Source of the DNA: Desulfuromonadales bacterium
GTDB lineage: Bacteria > Desulfobacterota > Desulfuromonadia > Desulfuromonadales > SZUA-540
Direction of reading: 5' to 3'
Length of the DNA stretch: 64,000 bases
Assembly: GCA_033549025.1 (NCBI GenBank)
Contig: JAWSUS010000015.1
Coordinates: forward strand, 1 to 64,000
Below, one piece after another: positions 18,716-28,422 of the stretch (position 1 is the stretch's first letter; every line of letters starts with the position of its first letter). The translations under genes were made by a program, and so were the position numbers. The notes under the pieces are model-generated. The model saw nothing but the letters and a program-made list of their open reading frames with translations, made no database searches and was not told the DNA's origin.

Positions 18716-19546
18716 CTACTGACGGGCCAGCCGCAGGTTCTCCACCGTGTTCTCGAAATTGCTGCGGAAGGGATTGATATCGAGGCCGCCGCGGCGGGTG
18801 TAGCGCGCGTAGACGGTGAGTCTCTCCGGCCGGCAGAAGCGCATGATGTCGGCGAAGATGCGCTCGACGCACTGCTCGTGGAATTCGTTGTGCTGGCGGA
18901 AAGAGATGAGATAGCGCAGCAGGGCGGCAGGGTCGATCCGCCCGCCACGATAGCGGATGAGCACGCTGGCCCAGTCGGGCTGCCAGGTGACGAGGCAGTT
19001 GCTCTTGAGCAGATGGCTGTACAGTTCTTCCTCGACGACATCCTCCGCGTCGGCCGCCCCGGTCAGCAACTCGGCCTCCAGCTGGTACTGGTTGACCGCG
19101 ATATCGATCCCATCGATGCAGCGCCCCGGCAGGGCGAAGAGGCGCTCGTCGCCGAAGCGCTCGCTGCCGATGAGGCGCACCTGCACCGGCGCCCCGGCCA
19201 CGCGGCCGAGATCCTCGGCCAGCACCTTCTCCACTTCGGCAAAGCTGGCGAAGCGGGTCTGGTTGAAGGAGTTGAGGTAGAGCTTGAAGGACTTGGATTC
19301 GACGATGTTGGGTGAATGGCAGGGGAAGCGGAACTCCCCCATGGCCACCACCGGCTTGCCGCCGGGCAGCAGCCAGGAGAGCTCGAAGGCGTTCCAGATG
19401 TCCACTCCCTGAAAGGGAAGCGCCCGCTCCAGGCCCAGCTCCAGGCGTTTGAGGCTGCGCGGCACGGCACAGAGCAGGCCAGCATCGTATTCGGATTTGT
19501 ACTCGGTGGTCCTGCCCAGAGGCAGGGAAGCGTCAAGATCAGTCAT
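18716..19546 (-). CDS. queF: NADPH-dependent 7-cyano-7-deazaguanine reductase (long, two-domain type)
   Basis: ESKSFKLYLNS, KSNCLVT.QPDW, HEQCVE, YTRRGGLDINP. Confidence 0.95.
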   Translation of the reverse strand: MTDLDASLPLGRTTEYKSEYDAGLLCAVPRSLKRLELGLERALPFQGVDIWNAFELSWLLPGGKPVVAMGEFRFPCHSPNIVESKSFKLYLNSFNQTRFASFAEVEKVLAEDLGRVAGAPVQVRLIGSERFGDERLFALPGRCIDGIDIAVNQYQLEAELLTGAADAEDVVEEELYSHLLKSNCLVTWQPDWASVLIRYRGGRIDPAALLRYLISFRQHNEFHEQCVERIFADIMRFCRPERLTVYARYTRRGGLDINPFRSNFENTVENLRLARQ

Positions 19547-19553
19547 GGGATTA

Positions 19554-19582
19554 ATTGTCCGTCAGCAGGGGGATAATGTCAA
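19554..19582 (-). promoter_or_regulatory. Sigma70-type promoter of queF (likely leaderless mRNA)
   Basis: Minus strand reads TTGACA-17 nt-GACAAT-7 nt-ATG; no Shine-Dalgarno. Confidence 0.6.
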
Positions 19583-19810
19583 GGATACCGACAATAGATG
19601 GTAATTTTTAACTTGCATTCCGTCATTTTTACCCCCATAATTACGCTTTTTATCCGTCGGAAGAAATATTAGTCGACGAACGAACACTACTTTTCCCGAA
19701 ATGCGCCCAATGTAAAAGAGTTCATCCTCCGCGAAACACCCTGCCGAAGTCGTTTTTCCCAATCACCTCTGCAGCAGTTTTCAACCGATCGAATCGACGG
19801 AAATATTGCC

Positions 19811-19868
19811 GCCGGCCTATGGCCGTGCGTGTGCGTTGGTCTGTCTTTAGCCGAGAAACAAACGGACT
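19811..19868 (+). promoter_or_regulatory. Two-hairpin leader RNA candidate upstream of SulP-USP (possibly sul1-motif-like)
   Basis: cggcc-tat-ggccg hairpin then gtctgt...acggac hairpin, about 100 nt before the SulP start. Confidence 0.4.
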
Positions 19869-19969
19869 CCTTCCTGTCCTTTTGCTTCCCCTGTTCACTA
19901 CAGCAGATTCGGGTGGCCAGCCAGTTCTGGCTCGCTTTCCGTGATGTTGTAACTTGTTAAAGGAATAGA

Positions 19970-21451
19970 ATGACTGTTCAAATGATTCAAAAAAATTGGT
20001 TCTCTAATGTACGCGGCGACGCCCTCGCCGGAATCGTGGTCGCCTTGGCCCTCATCCCAGAAGCGATCGCCTTCTCCATCATCGCGGGGGTCGACCCCAA
20101 AGTCGGACTTTATGCCTCTTTCTGTATCGCCGTGGTTACTGCTTTTGTCGGTGGGCGGCCGGGGATGGTCTCGGCAGCAACCGGCGCCATGGCCCTGCTG
20201 ATGGTGACATTGGTTAAAACGCACGGCCTGCAATATCTTCTGGCGGCGACACTTCTGACCGGCCTGCTGCAGATTTTGGCCGGAACCTTTCGGCTGGGCG
20301 GCCTGATGCGATTCGTCTCTCGGTCGGTGGTGATCGGCTTCGTCAACGCTCTGGCAATCCTGATCTTCCTCGCACAGATCCCCGAGCTTACCAACGTGGG
20401 CTGGCAGGTCTATGCCCTGCTGGCGGCCGGCCTGGGTTTGATCTATCTGTTTCCCTATATCAGCAAAGCCATCCCCTCACCGCTGGTCTGCATCGTGGCA
20501 CTGACTGCTTTCACCATGTTTTTCGGCGTAGATGTGCGCACCGTGGGGGACATGGGAGCCCTGCCTGACAGCCTGCCAATCTTTTTGATCCCTGACCTTC
20601 CTTTGAACTTCACAACTTTGGCGATCATCTTCCCCTATTCGGTGACTCTGGCCGTGGTCGGCCTGCTGGAATCGATGATGACGGCGACGATCGTCGATGA
20701 CTTGACCGATTCGCCCAGCGACAAGAATCGTGAATGCGTGGGCCAGGGAGTGGCGAATATCGCCTCGGGGTTCATGGGAGGTATGGCCGGATGCGCGATG
20801 ATCGGCCAATCAGTCATCAACATCAAATCGGGTGGCCGCGGCCGTCTTTCCACTCTTTTCTCCGGCGTTTTTCTGCTGCTGATGGTGGTCTTCCTGGGGC
20901 CATGGGTGTCACGCATTCCGATGGCGGCGCTGGTAGCGGTCATGATCATGGTGGCCATCGGCACTTTCAGTTGGGAGTCGATCCGAAACTTGCGCAAAAA
21001 CCCCAAAAGCTCCAGTCTGGTGATGGCCTCTACGGTGGTCGTGGTGGTGGCGACCCACAATCTGGCGCTGGGGGTGCTGGTTGGCGTGCTGCTTAGCTCG
21101 CTGACCTTTGCGTACAAGATCGGCAGGGTTTTGCATGTTGGTTCCAGCCTTTCGGAAGATGGACTCTCCCGTCATTACACCGTGGTTGGACAGGTCTTCT
21201 TCACCTCCGCTGAACGCTTCATCGCCTCTTTCGATCTGAAGGAAGCCGTGGAGAATGTGCAGATCGACGTCAGCCGAGCACATTTCTGGGACATCACCGC
21301 TATCGGGGCCTTAGATAAGGTTATCCTCAAGTTCCGCCGGGAGGGAACCGAAGTGAAAATTATCGGACTCAACAAGGCCAGTGAGACCATGGTGGATCGT
21401 TTCGCGGTCCACGACAAGCCGGAAGCGGTGGAACTGCTGATGGGGCACTAA
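19970..21451 (+). CDS. SulP family inorganic anion transporter with STAS domain
   Basis: [30 protein letters not shown]-terminal STAS ([10 protein letters not shown]). Confidence 0.93.
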   Translation: MTVQMIQKNWFSNVRGDALAGIVVALALIPEAIAFSIIAGVDPKVGLYASFCIAVVTAFVGGRPGMVSAATGAMALLMVTLVKTHGLQYLLAATLLTGLLQILAGTFRLGGLMRFVSRSVVIGFVNALAILIFLAQIPELTNVGWQVYALLAAGLGLIYLFPYISKAIPSPLVCIVALTAFTMFFGVDVRTVGDMGALPDSLPIFLIPDLPLNFTTLAIIFPYSVTLAVVGLLESMMTATIVDDLTDSPSDKNRECVGQGVANIASGFMGGMAGCAMIGQSVINIKSGGRGRLSTLFSGVFLLLMVVFLGPWVSRIPMAALVAVMIMVAIGTFSWESIRNLRKNPKSSSLVMASTVVVVVATHNLALGVLVGVLLSSLTFAYKIGRVLHVGSSLSEDGLSRHYTVVGQVFFTSAERFIASFDLKEAVENVQIDVSRAHFWDITAIGALDKVILKFRREGTEVKIIGLNKASETMVDRFAVHDKPEAVELLMGH

Positions 21452-21462
21452 GGAGATAAACT

Positions 21463-22317
21463 ATGAATAGACTCGTACTCGCCTGCATCGACGGATCGTC
21501 CTATTCACCCGCTGTTTGTGACGCGGCCTCCTGGGCCGCCCTGCGGATGAAGTCCCCCTTGAAGTTTCTTCATGTGCCCCACAAAGAGCAGGCTCCCCCG
21601 CCTTCCGACCTGAGCGGGAGCATCGGGCTGGGAGCCCGCGAATCGCTGCTGGAGGAACTGGCAGCCCTCGACGAGAAGCGTGGCAAACTGGTCCAGGAGA
21701 GGGGGCGGCAGCTTCTTGGCGCGGCCAAATTCAGGGCCCGTACTGCCGGGGTGGAAAAGCCCGAAGGACTGCAACGCCACGGGGGGCTTGTGGAAACCCT
21801 GTCGGAGATGGAAGAAGGGATTCGCCTGCTGGTGCTTGGGAAACGGGGGGAAGCGGCGCAGGTAGCCTCCGAACACCTGGGAAGCCACCTGGAGCGGGTC
21901 ATCCGCACCTTGCGCCGTCCCATCCTGGTGACCACCGAGGAATTTCGCGCGCCGCAAAAGGTGATGCTCGCCTGTGACGGCAGCGCCACCGCCCGAAAGG
22001 CGCTGGAGATGGTTTCCTCTAGTCCACTGTTCAAGGGCATTTCATGCCACCTGGTGATGGTGGGTTCGGATACGGAGGAGACGCGAGCCGGACTTGCTCG
22101 AGCCCGGCAGATTCTGGAAATGGCGGGATTCGAGGCGTCGACCACAATCCTTTCCGGCGAAACTGAGAACGCACTGAGCCGGTACCAGCAGGAGAACGGC
22201 ATCGATCTGATGATCATGGGTGCCTACGGCCACTCCCGCATCCGCCACCTGCTCATCGGCAGCACCACCACCGCCATGCTGCGCAGATCGACCATCCCCC
22301 TCCTGCTGCTTCGCTGA
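21463..22317 (+). CDS. Universal stress protein (tandem USP domains)
   Basis: ACIDGS, LSGSIGLG, LVLGKRG, MGAYGHSRIRHLLIGSTT. Confidence 0.92.
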   Translation: MNRLVLACIDGSSYSPAVCDAASWAALRMKSPLKFLHVPHKEQAPPPSDLSGSIGLGARESLLEELAALDEKRGKLVQERGRQLLGAAKFRARTAGVEKPEGLQRHGGLVETLSEMEEGIRLLVLGKRGEAAQVASEHLGSHLERVIRTLRRPILVTTEEFRAPQKVMLACDGSATARKALEMVSSSPLFKGISCHLVMVGSDTEETRAGLARARQILEMAGFEASTTILSGETENALSRYQQENGIDLMIMGAYGHSRIRHLLIGSTTTAMLRRSTIPLLLLR

Positions 22318-22634
22318 GTTGGGCAGGTTGGTCCTTGATTTTACGGACAGGAAGATGATATAAACCGTGCCATGATTTTCAGAACCGCACACCCTTCTAA
22401 GCCGATTTGATCCGACTCCCAGTCCTGCTGGAGTTGGCCCGGCGCCCCACGGCTTTCCCCTGAGACCCGGAATCTCCGCGCGCTCTCAGGGGCAGAGCTT
22501 TTCCTGACAGCAACACGCATCCCGCAACCATCTCCCTCTCGACCAAAGTGAACCGGACAACGCTTCCGATGGACGCACCTTTGCATCTGCCGCCTGCTGG
22601 CGAGGGGTAAATTTCTAGACGGAGAAGAGGACGG

Positions 22635-22913
22635 ATGAAAAAAACGCAGACAACGGAAATCCGTAATACGGAACCATTTCAAAAAATGTTGGCGGATCGG
22701 CTCGATCTCCTAGACCGCCGAATGGAAACAGGGAACACCGGCTTTCACACGGGAACGGAGCGGCTGCTCATTCACCTTGCCTTCGATCGCATCCGCAAGG
22801 ACGAATACTGGAGCTGTGTGAAATGCGGGGAAGATATCACCCGGCAGAGGATGCTCGCCGACCCGACAACCCTTATGTGCGCCGACTGCGAGACCGGAGC
22901 GAAGAAAAGATAA
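22635..22913 (+). CDS. TraR/DksA C4 zinc-finger protein with shortened coiled coil
   Basis: AFDRIRKDEYWSCVKCGEDI..RMLADPTTLMCADC; gagg RBS. Confidence 0.75.
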   Translation: MKKTQTTEIRNTEPFQKMLADRLDLLDRRMETGNTGFHTGTERLLIHLAFDRIRKDEYWSCVKCGEDITRQRMLADPTTLMCADCETGAKKR

Positions 22914-22927
22914 ACTGTGCTTAAGGA

Positions 22928-25060
22928 ATGTCCCAAGAGATGAAAACAAAACGCATCGACCCGGCAGAGAACCTGAGTCCCGAAGAGGAAGAACGCGCCC
23001 GGCTTGCCGCGGTGCAGTGCCGGCTGAACAGGCTCGTCAAGGGTATCGACGAGCGCCTCGCCCGCTACCAGCACGACATTCAGGCCCAGAAGGCCTACCT
23101 CTGGGAAAACAAAGCGGACATGGACCATGCTGAAAAGGTTTCGACCCGCCAGTCGATCGAGCAGATGCTCATGACCGGCGACTCCATCCTGGCGCAGAAG
23201 AATCGCCTTCTCAAACTCGCGCGCGCTCCCTATTTCGGGCGCTTCGATTTCACCCGGAGTGGCCAAGAACTTCCCGAGCCTTTCTATATTGGAGTTCACC
23301 ATCTCTACGACGAGCACGACAGGGTGAATCTCGTTTACGACTGGCGCGCTCCTATTGCTACCCTCTTCTACGACTTCGAAACCGGGCCGGCCGCGTACAC
23401 GTCCCTTTCGGGGGAGATCAGCGGCGAGGTCACGCTCAAACGCCAGTTCCGGATCCGCGACGGCGAGATGGAATTCATGTTGGAGAGCGGACTCCATATC
23501 GTTGACGATGTCCTTCAGCAGGAGCTGGCACGCGCCTCCGACGACGGCATGAAGAACATTGTCGCCACCATCCAGCGTGACCAGAACGCCATCATCCGCG
23601 ACGACCACGCCCAGACCCTGATCATCCAGGGGGTCGCCGGCTCCGGCAAAACCTCCATCGCCCTGCACCGCATCGCCTTTTTGCTCTACCGATTCAAGGA
23701 GACACTCACTTCCAAAGACATCCTGATCATCTCCCCCAACCGGGTCTTTGCCGACTACATCGCCAACGTTCTCCCCGAACTGGGGGAGGAGTCGGTCGCC
23801 GAGATAGGCATGGAGCGGCTCGCCGACGAGCTGCTGGAGCACAAGGTTCGTTTCCAGAGCTACTTCGAGCAGACCGCTTCGCTTCTCGAAAAGAACGACG
23901 AAGCCATGAAGGAGCGCATCTCATCCAAATCTTCAACCGAGTTCCTGAAGAAACTGGACGAGTACGCCGATCACGTGGAAGCGACGCGTTTCACAGGCGA
24001 AGACGTCTCCCTTGACGGCCGCCTGGTGCCTGGCTGGTTCATCGAGAAGTTCTTCGCCAAGTACCGGGGGATGGCTCTGGCCAGGCGCATCACCGAAGTG
24101 GTGAGGGCGGTGGAGACGAACGTGGGGATACAGTACAACTACGATATTGGCTCCGAGGGGCGTAAAACGCTCCGAAACGCCATTCGTAAGATGCACCGCA
24201 CCACCACGTTGCGAAACGCCTACAAGGAATACTACGATTGGATGGGGCGACCGGAGCTGTTCAAGCCCGCCAGGGGCGGCGGACTTGAGTATGCCGACGT
24301 CTTCCCGCTCATCTATCTCAAGCTGCGCCTGGAGGGGATTGACAACCCGTACAGTTCGGTCAAGCACCTGCTCATCGACGAGATGCAGGATTATACGCCG
24401 GTACAGTATGCGGTGATCGCCCGGCTCTTTGCATGCCGCAAGACCATCCTCGGCGACGTGGCGCAATCGGTGAACCCTTACAGTGCCTCGACCCCGGAGG
24501 ATATCCGCGACGCCTTCTCCGGGGCCAGCTACATGACCCTGACACGGAGCTACCGCTCGACTCTGCAGATCATGGAGTTCGTCCAGCACATCCGCTTCAA
24601 CCCGGACCTGATTCCGATGGCGCGCCACGGCGAGCCGCCACGGATAGTGGCCTGCCAAAGCAAGGCTGAGGAGATGACGCAGATCCGGATGCTGGCGGAG
24701 GAATATCTCGCCTCGAAGCACAACAGCCTGGGGATTGTCTGCAAAACGCAGAAGGAGGCAGAAAAAGTTGCGGTCGCGCTGAGCAGGGAAGGCATCCAGG
24801 CAAGGCTTCTTGATGCCTCCAGCACCTTGTTCTCGAACGGCGTCATCGTTTGCACCGCCCATTTAGCCAAGGGACTGGAGTTTGACCGCGTCATCGTACC
24901 GGACGCCAGTGCCACCGCCTATCACACCCCCATGGACCGCAACATGCTCTACGTCGCCTGCACACGGGCGATGCACCTGCTCGTGCTAACCCACACGGCC
25001 GAGCCCTCGACCTTTCTTCACACATCCTGCCTTACCCCCTGCAAAATCCCTCCGCCATAG
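22928..25060 (+). CDS. helD: HelD-family RNA-polymerase-recycling SF1 (UvrD-like) ATPase
   Basis: PYFGRFDF, YDWRAPIA.LFY, MKNIVATIQRDQN, QGVAGSGKTSIALHRIAFLLY, IDEMQD, GDVAQ, SYRST, AKGLEFD, LYVACTRA. Confidence 0.88.
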   Translation: MSQEMKTKRIDPAENLSPEEEERARLAAVQCRLNRLVKGIDERLARYQHDIQAQKAYLWENKADMDHAEKVSTRQSIEQMLMTGDSILAQKNRLLKLARAPYFGRFDFTRSGQELPEPFYIGVHHLYDEHDRVNLVYDWRAPIATLFYDFETGPAAYTSLSGEISGEVTLKRQFRIRDGEMEFMLESGLHIVDDVLQQELARASDDGMKNIVATIQRDQNAIIRDDHAQTLIIQGVAGSGKTSIALHRIAFLLYRFKETLTSKDILIISPNRVFADYIANVLPELGEESVAEIGMERLADELLEHKVRFQSYFEQTASLLEKNDEAMKERISSKSSTEFLKKLDEYADHVEATRFTGEDVSLDGRLVPGWFIEKFFAKYRGMALARRITEVVRAVETNVGIQYNYDIGSEGRKTLRNAIRKMHRTTTLRNAYKEYYDWMGRPELFKPARGGGLEYADVFPLIYLKLRLEGIDNPYSSVKHLLIDEMQDYTPVQYAVIARLFACRKTILGDVAQSVNPYSASTPEDIRDAFSGASYMTLTRSYRSTLQIMEFVQHIRFNPDLIPMARHGEPPRIVACQSKAEEMTQIRMLAEEYLASKHNSLGIVCKTQKEAEKVAVALSREGIQARLLDASSTLFSNGVIVCTAHLAKGLEFDRVIVPDASATAYHTPMDRNMLYVACTRAMHLLVLTHTAEPSTFLHTSCLTPCKIPPP

Positions 25061-25217
25061 TACCCCGGCATCAGCGTTTGATGTTTTCTCGTCCTGAACG
25101 CCATCAGGGTGAGAAATCGTTTCCGTAAACATTGACCGTTTATGCCAGGTGGCCGCTAGACCCCCTAGACGGATTGCCGGCCCGGATGCCAAATGCGGAG
25201 CTGGTACGGAGGATCTC

Positions 25218-26801
25218 ATGAGCAAGCAGAAAAACGAGGTGCAAAGGCGCCGCACTTTCGGAATAATCAGCCATCCCGACGCGGGCAAGACCACCCTGAC
25301 GGAAAAGCTCCTTCTGTTTGGTGGCGCGATCAAGATGGCAGGCGCGATCAAGGCTCGCAAGGCCGACAGGCATGCCACCAGCGACTGGATGGCCATTGAA
25401 CAGCAGCGGGGCATCTCTGTCACCAGTTCGGTGATGAAGTTCAATTACCGCAATTTCGAGATCAACCTCCTCGATACGCCGGGGCATCAGGACTTTTCGG
25501 AGGATACATATCGAGTGCTCACCGCTGTGGACAGCGCGGTCATGGTCATTGATAGCGTCAAGGGGGTCGAGACCCAGACTCGCAAGCTAATGGAGGTCTG
25601 CCGGATGCGCAACACTCCCATTCTGACTTTCATCAACAAGCTCGATCGGGAAGGGATGGCGCCACTGGACATTCTGGCCGACATCGAAGAGACGCTGCAG
25701 ATCGAATGTGCTCCCCTCTCCTGGCCGATCGGCATGGGAAAGCGCTTCAAGGGAACCTACAATCTGTACCGCAAGGAGCTGAACCTCTTCACTCCCGGCG
25801 AGGAACGCCTTACCGACGAGATGCTCACCATTCGGGACATCGACGATCCACTCCTTGACGAACTGTTGGGGAGTCAGGCCGAAGAACTGCGCGAGGATGT
25901 GGCCCTGCTCGAAGGGGCAGCCAATCCTTTCGTGCTGGAAGACTACCTGAAAGGAAACCAGACCCCCGTCTTCTTCGGCAGCGCCGTCAACAACTTCGGC
26001 GTTCGTGAAATGCTCGATGCCTTCGTGGAGATCGCGCCCGCTCCGATGCCGAGAGCGACCACCACCCGCATGGTTGGCCCCGAAGAGGAGACGTTCTCCG
26101 GCTTCGTCTTCAAGATCCAGGCGAACATGGACCCGATGCACCGCGATCGCATCGCCTTCCTGCGCATCTGCTCAGGCCGCTTCACGCGGGGGATGAAGGC
26201 GCGTCATCACCGCATCGGCAAGGATGTCCTGCTGGCCAACCCGACCATCTTCATGGCCCAGGATCGTGCGCTGGTCGAAGAGGCCTGGCCGGGGGACATC
26301 ATCGGCTTGCACAACCACGGGACCATCAAGATCGGTGACACCTTTTCGGAGAAAGAGCCGCTCAAGTTCACCGGCATTCCCAGCTTCGCCCCCGAGCACT
26401 TCCGGCGGGTGCGGCTTAAGTCGCCCCTGCGGGCCAAGCAATTGCAGAAGGGACTCTCCCAACTCGCCGAGGAGGGAGCGGTGCAGCTTTTCCGCCCTCT
26501 CCTGGGGAGCGACTTTATCCTCGGCGCGGTCGGGGTGCTGCAGTTTGACGTGACCATGTCCCGACTCAAGGCTGAGTACAACGTCGACGCCACCTACGAA
26601 GGGATCGACTACGCCACCGCCCGCTGGGTGAGCTGCGCCGACCCCAAGAAAATGGCCGCCTTTGAAAAAGCGAATCAGGCCAATCTGGCCCTGGACGCAG
26701 AGGGAAACCTCACTTATCTGGCCCCGAGCGAATGGCGGCTGGGATTCGTGGTCGAGCAGTGGCCGAAGGTTACATTCCTGAAAACCCGGGAACACGATTG
26801 A
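25218..26801 (+). CDS. prfC: Peptide chain release factor 3
   Basis: [48 protein letters not shown]; ggagg RBS before ATG 25218. Confidence 0.96.
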   Translation: MSKQKNEVQRRRTFGIISHPDAGKTTLTEKLLLFGGAIKMAGAIKARKADRHATSDWMAIEQQRGISVTSSVMKFNYRNFEINLLDTPGHQDFSEDTYRVLTAVDSAVMVIDSVKGVETQTRKLMEVCRMRNTPILTFINKLDREGMAPLDILADIEETLQIECAPLSWPIGMGKRFKGTYNLYRKELNLFTPGEERLTDEMLTIRDIDDPLLDELLGSQAEELREDVALLEGAANPFVLEDYLKGNQTPVFFGSAVNNFGVREMLDAFVEIAPAPMPRATTTRMVGPEEETFSGFVFKIQANMDPMHRDRIAFLRICSGRFTRGMKARHHRIGKDVLLANPTIFMAQDRALVEEAWPGDIIGLHNHGTIKIGDTFSEKEPLKFTGIPSFAPEHFRRVRLKSPLRAKQLQKGLSQLAEEGAVQLFRPLLGSDFILGAVGVLQFDVTMSRLKAEYNVDATYEGIDYATARWVSCADPKKMAAFEKANQANLALDAEGNLTYLAPSEWRLGFVVEQWPKVTFLKTREHD

Positions 26802-26826
26802 TCCAAGGGCAACGAAAGGAGCGGAT

Positions 26827-27171
26827 ATGAACATAGAGATTTTTGCCCCAGCCAGAATTCTTTCAGCAGGAACGGATGGGGGTTCGGCCAAGCCCGAACT
26901 GGAGTGGTGGAAAAGAAATATTTCCCTATTGCGGGAATCCGGCATGGATGTGCAGATCTATACCCTTGATACTGACGCGATTGCTTATGCCGCGCACGCT
27001 GGAGTGGCCGATCTGCTGCTGGCGGAGGGCGGAGGCGTACTACCCGCCACCTTTATAGACGGCAAACTGACTGCAAAAAGGCGCTATCTCTCGGCGGCAG
27101 AGTTGGAGCGGGAAGCTGCTGTCCGGGGGGTGCGTTTCACTTCTGGCGAAAAGGTAACTGACAGCATGTAA
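26827..27171 (+). CDS. ArsD-like (thioredoxin-fold) protein lacking the arsenic-binding cysteines
   Basis: Follows the ArsD pattern (IEIFxP..., GxDV..Y.L, LPAT.IDG....RY...EL) but contains no Cys; aaggag RBS. Confidence 0.6.
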   Translation: MNIEIFAPARILSAGTDGGSAKPELEWWKRNISLLRESGMDVQIYTLDTDAIAYAAHAGVADLLLAEGGGVLPATFIDGKLTAKRRYLSAAELEREAAVRGVRFTSGEKVTDSM

Positions 27172-27172
27172 G

Positions 27173-27367
27173 ATGGACACGTTGCTGCTCAGCGAACGAT
27201 GGAAAAAATAGCCCACGCATTGAGGGAGAAGGGTTCGAGTTGTGTTCGGCGGAGGCCCGGTGCTGTTGACGACCCGGTTGGCTGCGGAAAAGTGTTTCGC
27301 GGAGGTTGCCGGTCTCGACAACTCTCTGGAGGCCCTCGCAACGGCGCGGCGCATGTTTGCCTTCTAA
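27173..27367 (+). pseudogene. Frameshifted remnant resembling the C-terminus of a cobalamin-binding (corrinoid) domain
   Basis: Joining frames gives TLLL..MEKIAHALREKG/VRVVFGGGPV..A......DNSLEALATARRM; stops and frameshifts present. Confidence 0.35.
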
Positions 27368-27661
27368 GAGCATTACGGGACGGAATCGACTTGTCTCTGC
27401 CTCACGCCCCTTTTGAGCTTGATCGGGAATTTCTCCTATAAAACATCTCAGGGAATCCGAAGGGAATTTTCATACAGAGTGACTACCGTTTCGCGTGGAC
27501 CCGAGACAAATGGCGAAAACATGGTCGGCCATCATGGATGCTGTATCGCGGTTGACGACCTCGGCACAGTCTTTCCGCAATGGGGAATCTCGGCAAAATT
27601 GGCGGCATTTTCGCGCCAGCGATGGTAAAAAGCGGAAAGCATAAAAAAGGAAAACAGCATA

Positions 27662-28033
27662 ATGAAAAATTGGTCAGGCAAGAATCTCTGTTTCGAATGT
27701 GCAAAGAAACTGGGCACCAACATCAATATCGGCCGTAAACACAAAGGCCGCTGCCACAGATGCCACAGTGAGCAGACGGTATTCAAGGTCACCGCCATGC
27801 CGATCATTGTCGCTTCGGGAGAGGGTGTCTGCCCTGAGTGTGCCCACCCCGAAGGAGCCCATGCGGCATTCTGCCCCCGCTCGGAGCTGGAGATCCTTAA
27901 AAGGGAAAGGGAGGAGATTGTCAAGGTATTGGAATGCGTAGCCCACTATGATCCGGAGAAATCCTTGTCGGATCAGCTCGAACAGATACTCCGGCAGTTG
28001 CCGAAAGGGGATCGAGAAGAGAAGGATTTATAA
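27662..28033 (+). CDS. Cys/His-rich zinc-ribbon hypothetical protein
   Basis: CFEC, CHRCH and CPECAH...H...C motifs, helical C-terminus; aagga RBS. Confidence 0.65.
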   Translation: MKNWSGKNLCFECAKKLGTNINIGRKHKGRCHRCHSEQTVFKVTAMPIIVASGEGVCPECAHPEGAHAAFCPRSELEILKREREEIVKVLECVAHYDPEKSLSDQLEQILRQLPKGDREEKDL

Positions 28034-28068
28034 GACAGACCCCGACTTAGTCCCGAAGCCCGGGGGTA

Positions 28069-28422
28069 TCACTTCCCCTCCGCCGCCCTCGCGCAATCGA
28101 TGCAGACCAGGGTGGCGGGATCGACCCGCAGACGCCCCTCGGTGATCTCTTCCTCACATTTCACGCAGTACCCATAATCGCCCGAGCGCATGCGACCGAG
28201 GGCCGACCTAATGCGCTGCGCCTCCAACTCGGTGCGGCGGGCCGAGGCCTGGGCCATGGCCTGCTGCTGCATGGCATCCATGCGAGAGAGGCGCCCCACC
28301 TTCGTCTGGTCGAGTTCGACCGGCGCCCCCTCCTTCTTCTGCGCCTCGCGTCCCGCCTGAATAGCGGCGAGGCGCTCTTCGAGAATTCCCTTGAAATAAT
28401 TCAGATCGAGGTCGTCACGCAC
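28069..28422 (-). CDS. TraR/DksA C4 zinc-finger protein (full length)
   Basis: PVELDQTKVGRLSRMDAMQQQAMA tip, YGYCVKCEEEI..RL..DP...CIDC; GTG start with ggagg RBS, overlapping the MFS stop. Confidence 0.9.
   Translation of the reverse strand: MRDDLDLNYFKGILEERLAAIQAGREAQKKEGAPVELDQTKVGRLSRMDAMQQQAMAQASARRTELEAQRIRSALGRMRSGDYGYCVKCEEEITEGRLRVDPATLVCIDCARAAEGK

Noticed and set aside
19547..19700. preQ1 riboswitch upstream of queF
   Set aside because: No consensus match, and the promoter abuts the start codon.
27752..27766. c-type cytochrome from CHRCH
   Set aside because: No export signal, and the motif pairs better with CFEC as a zinc ribbon.
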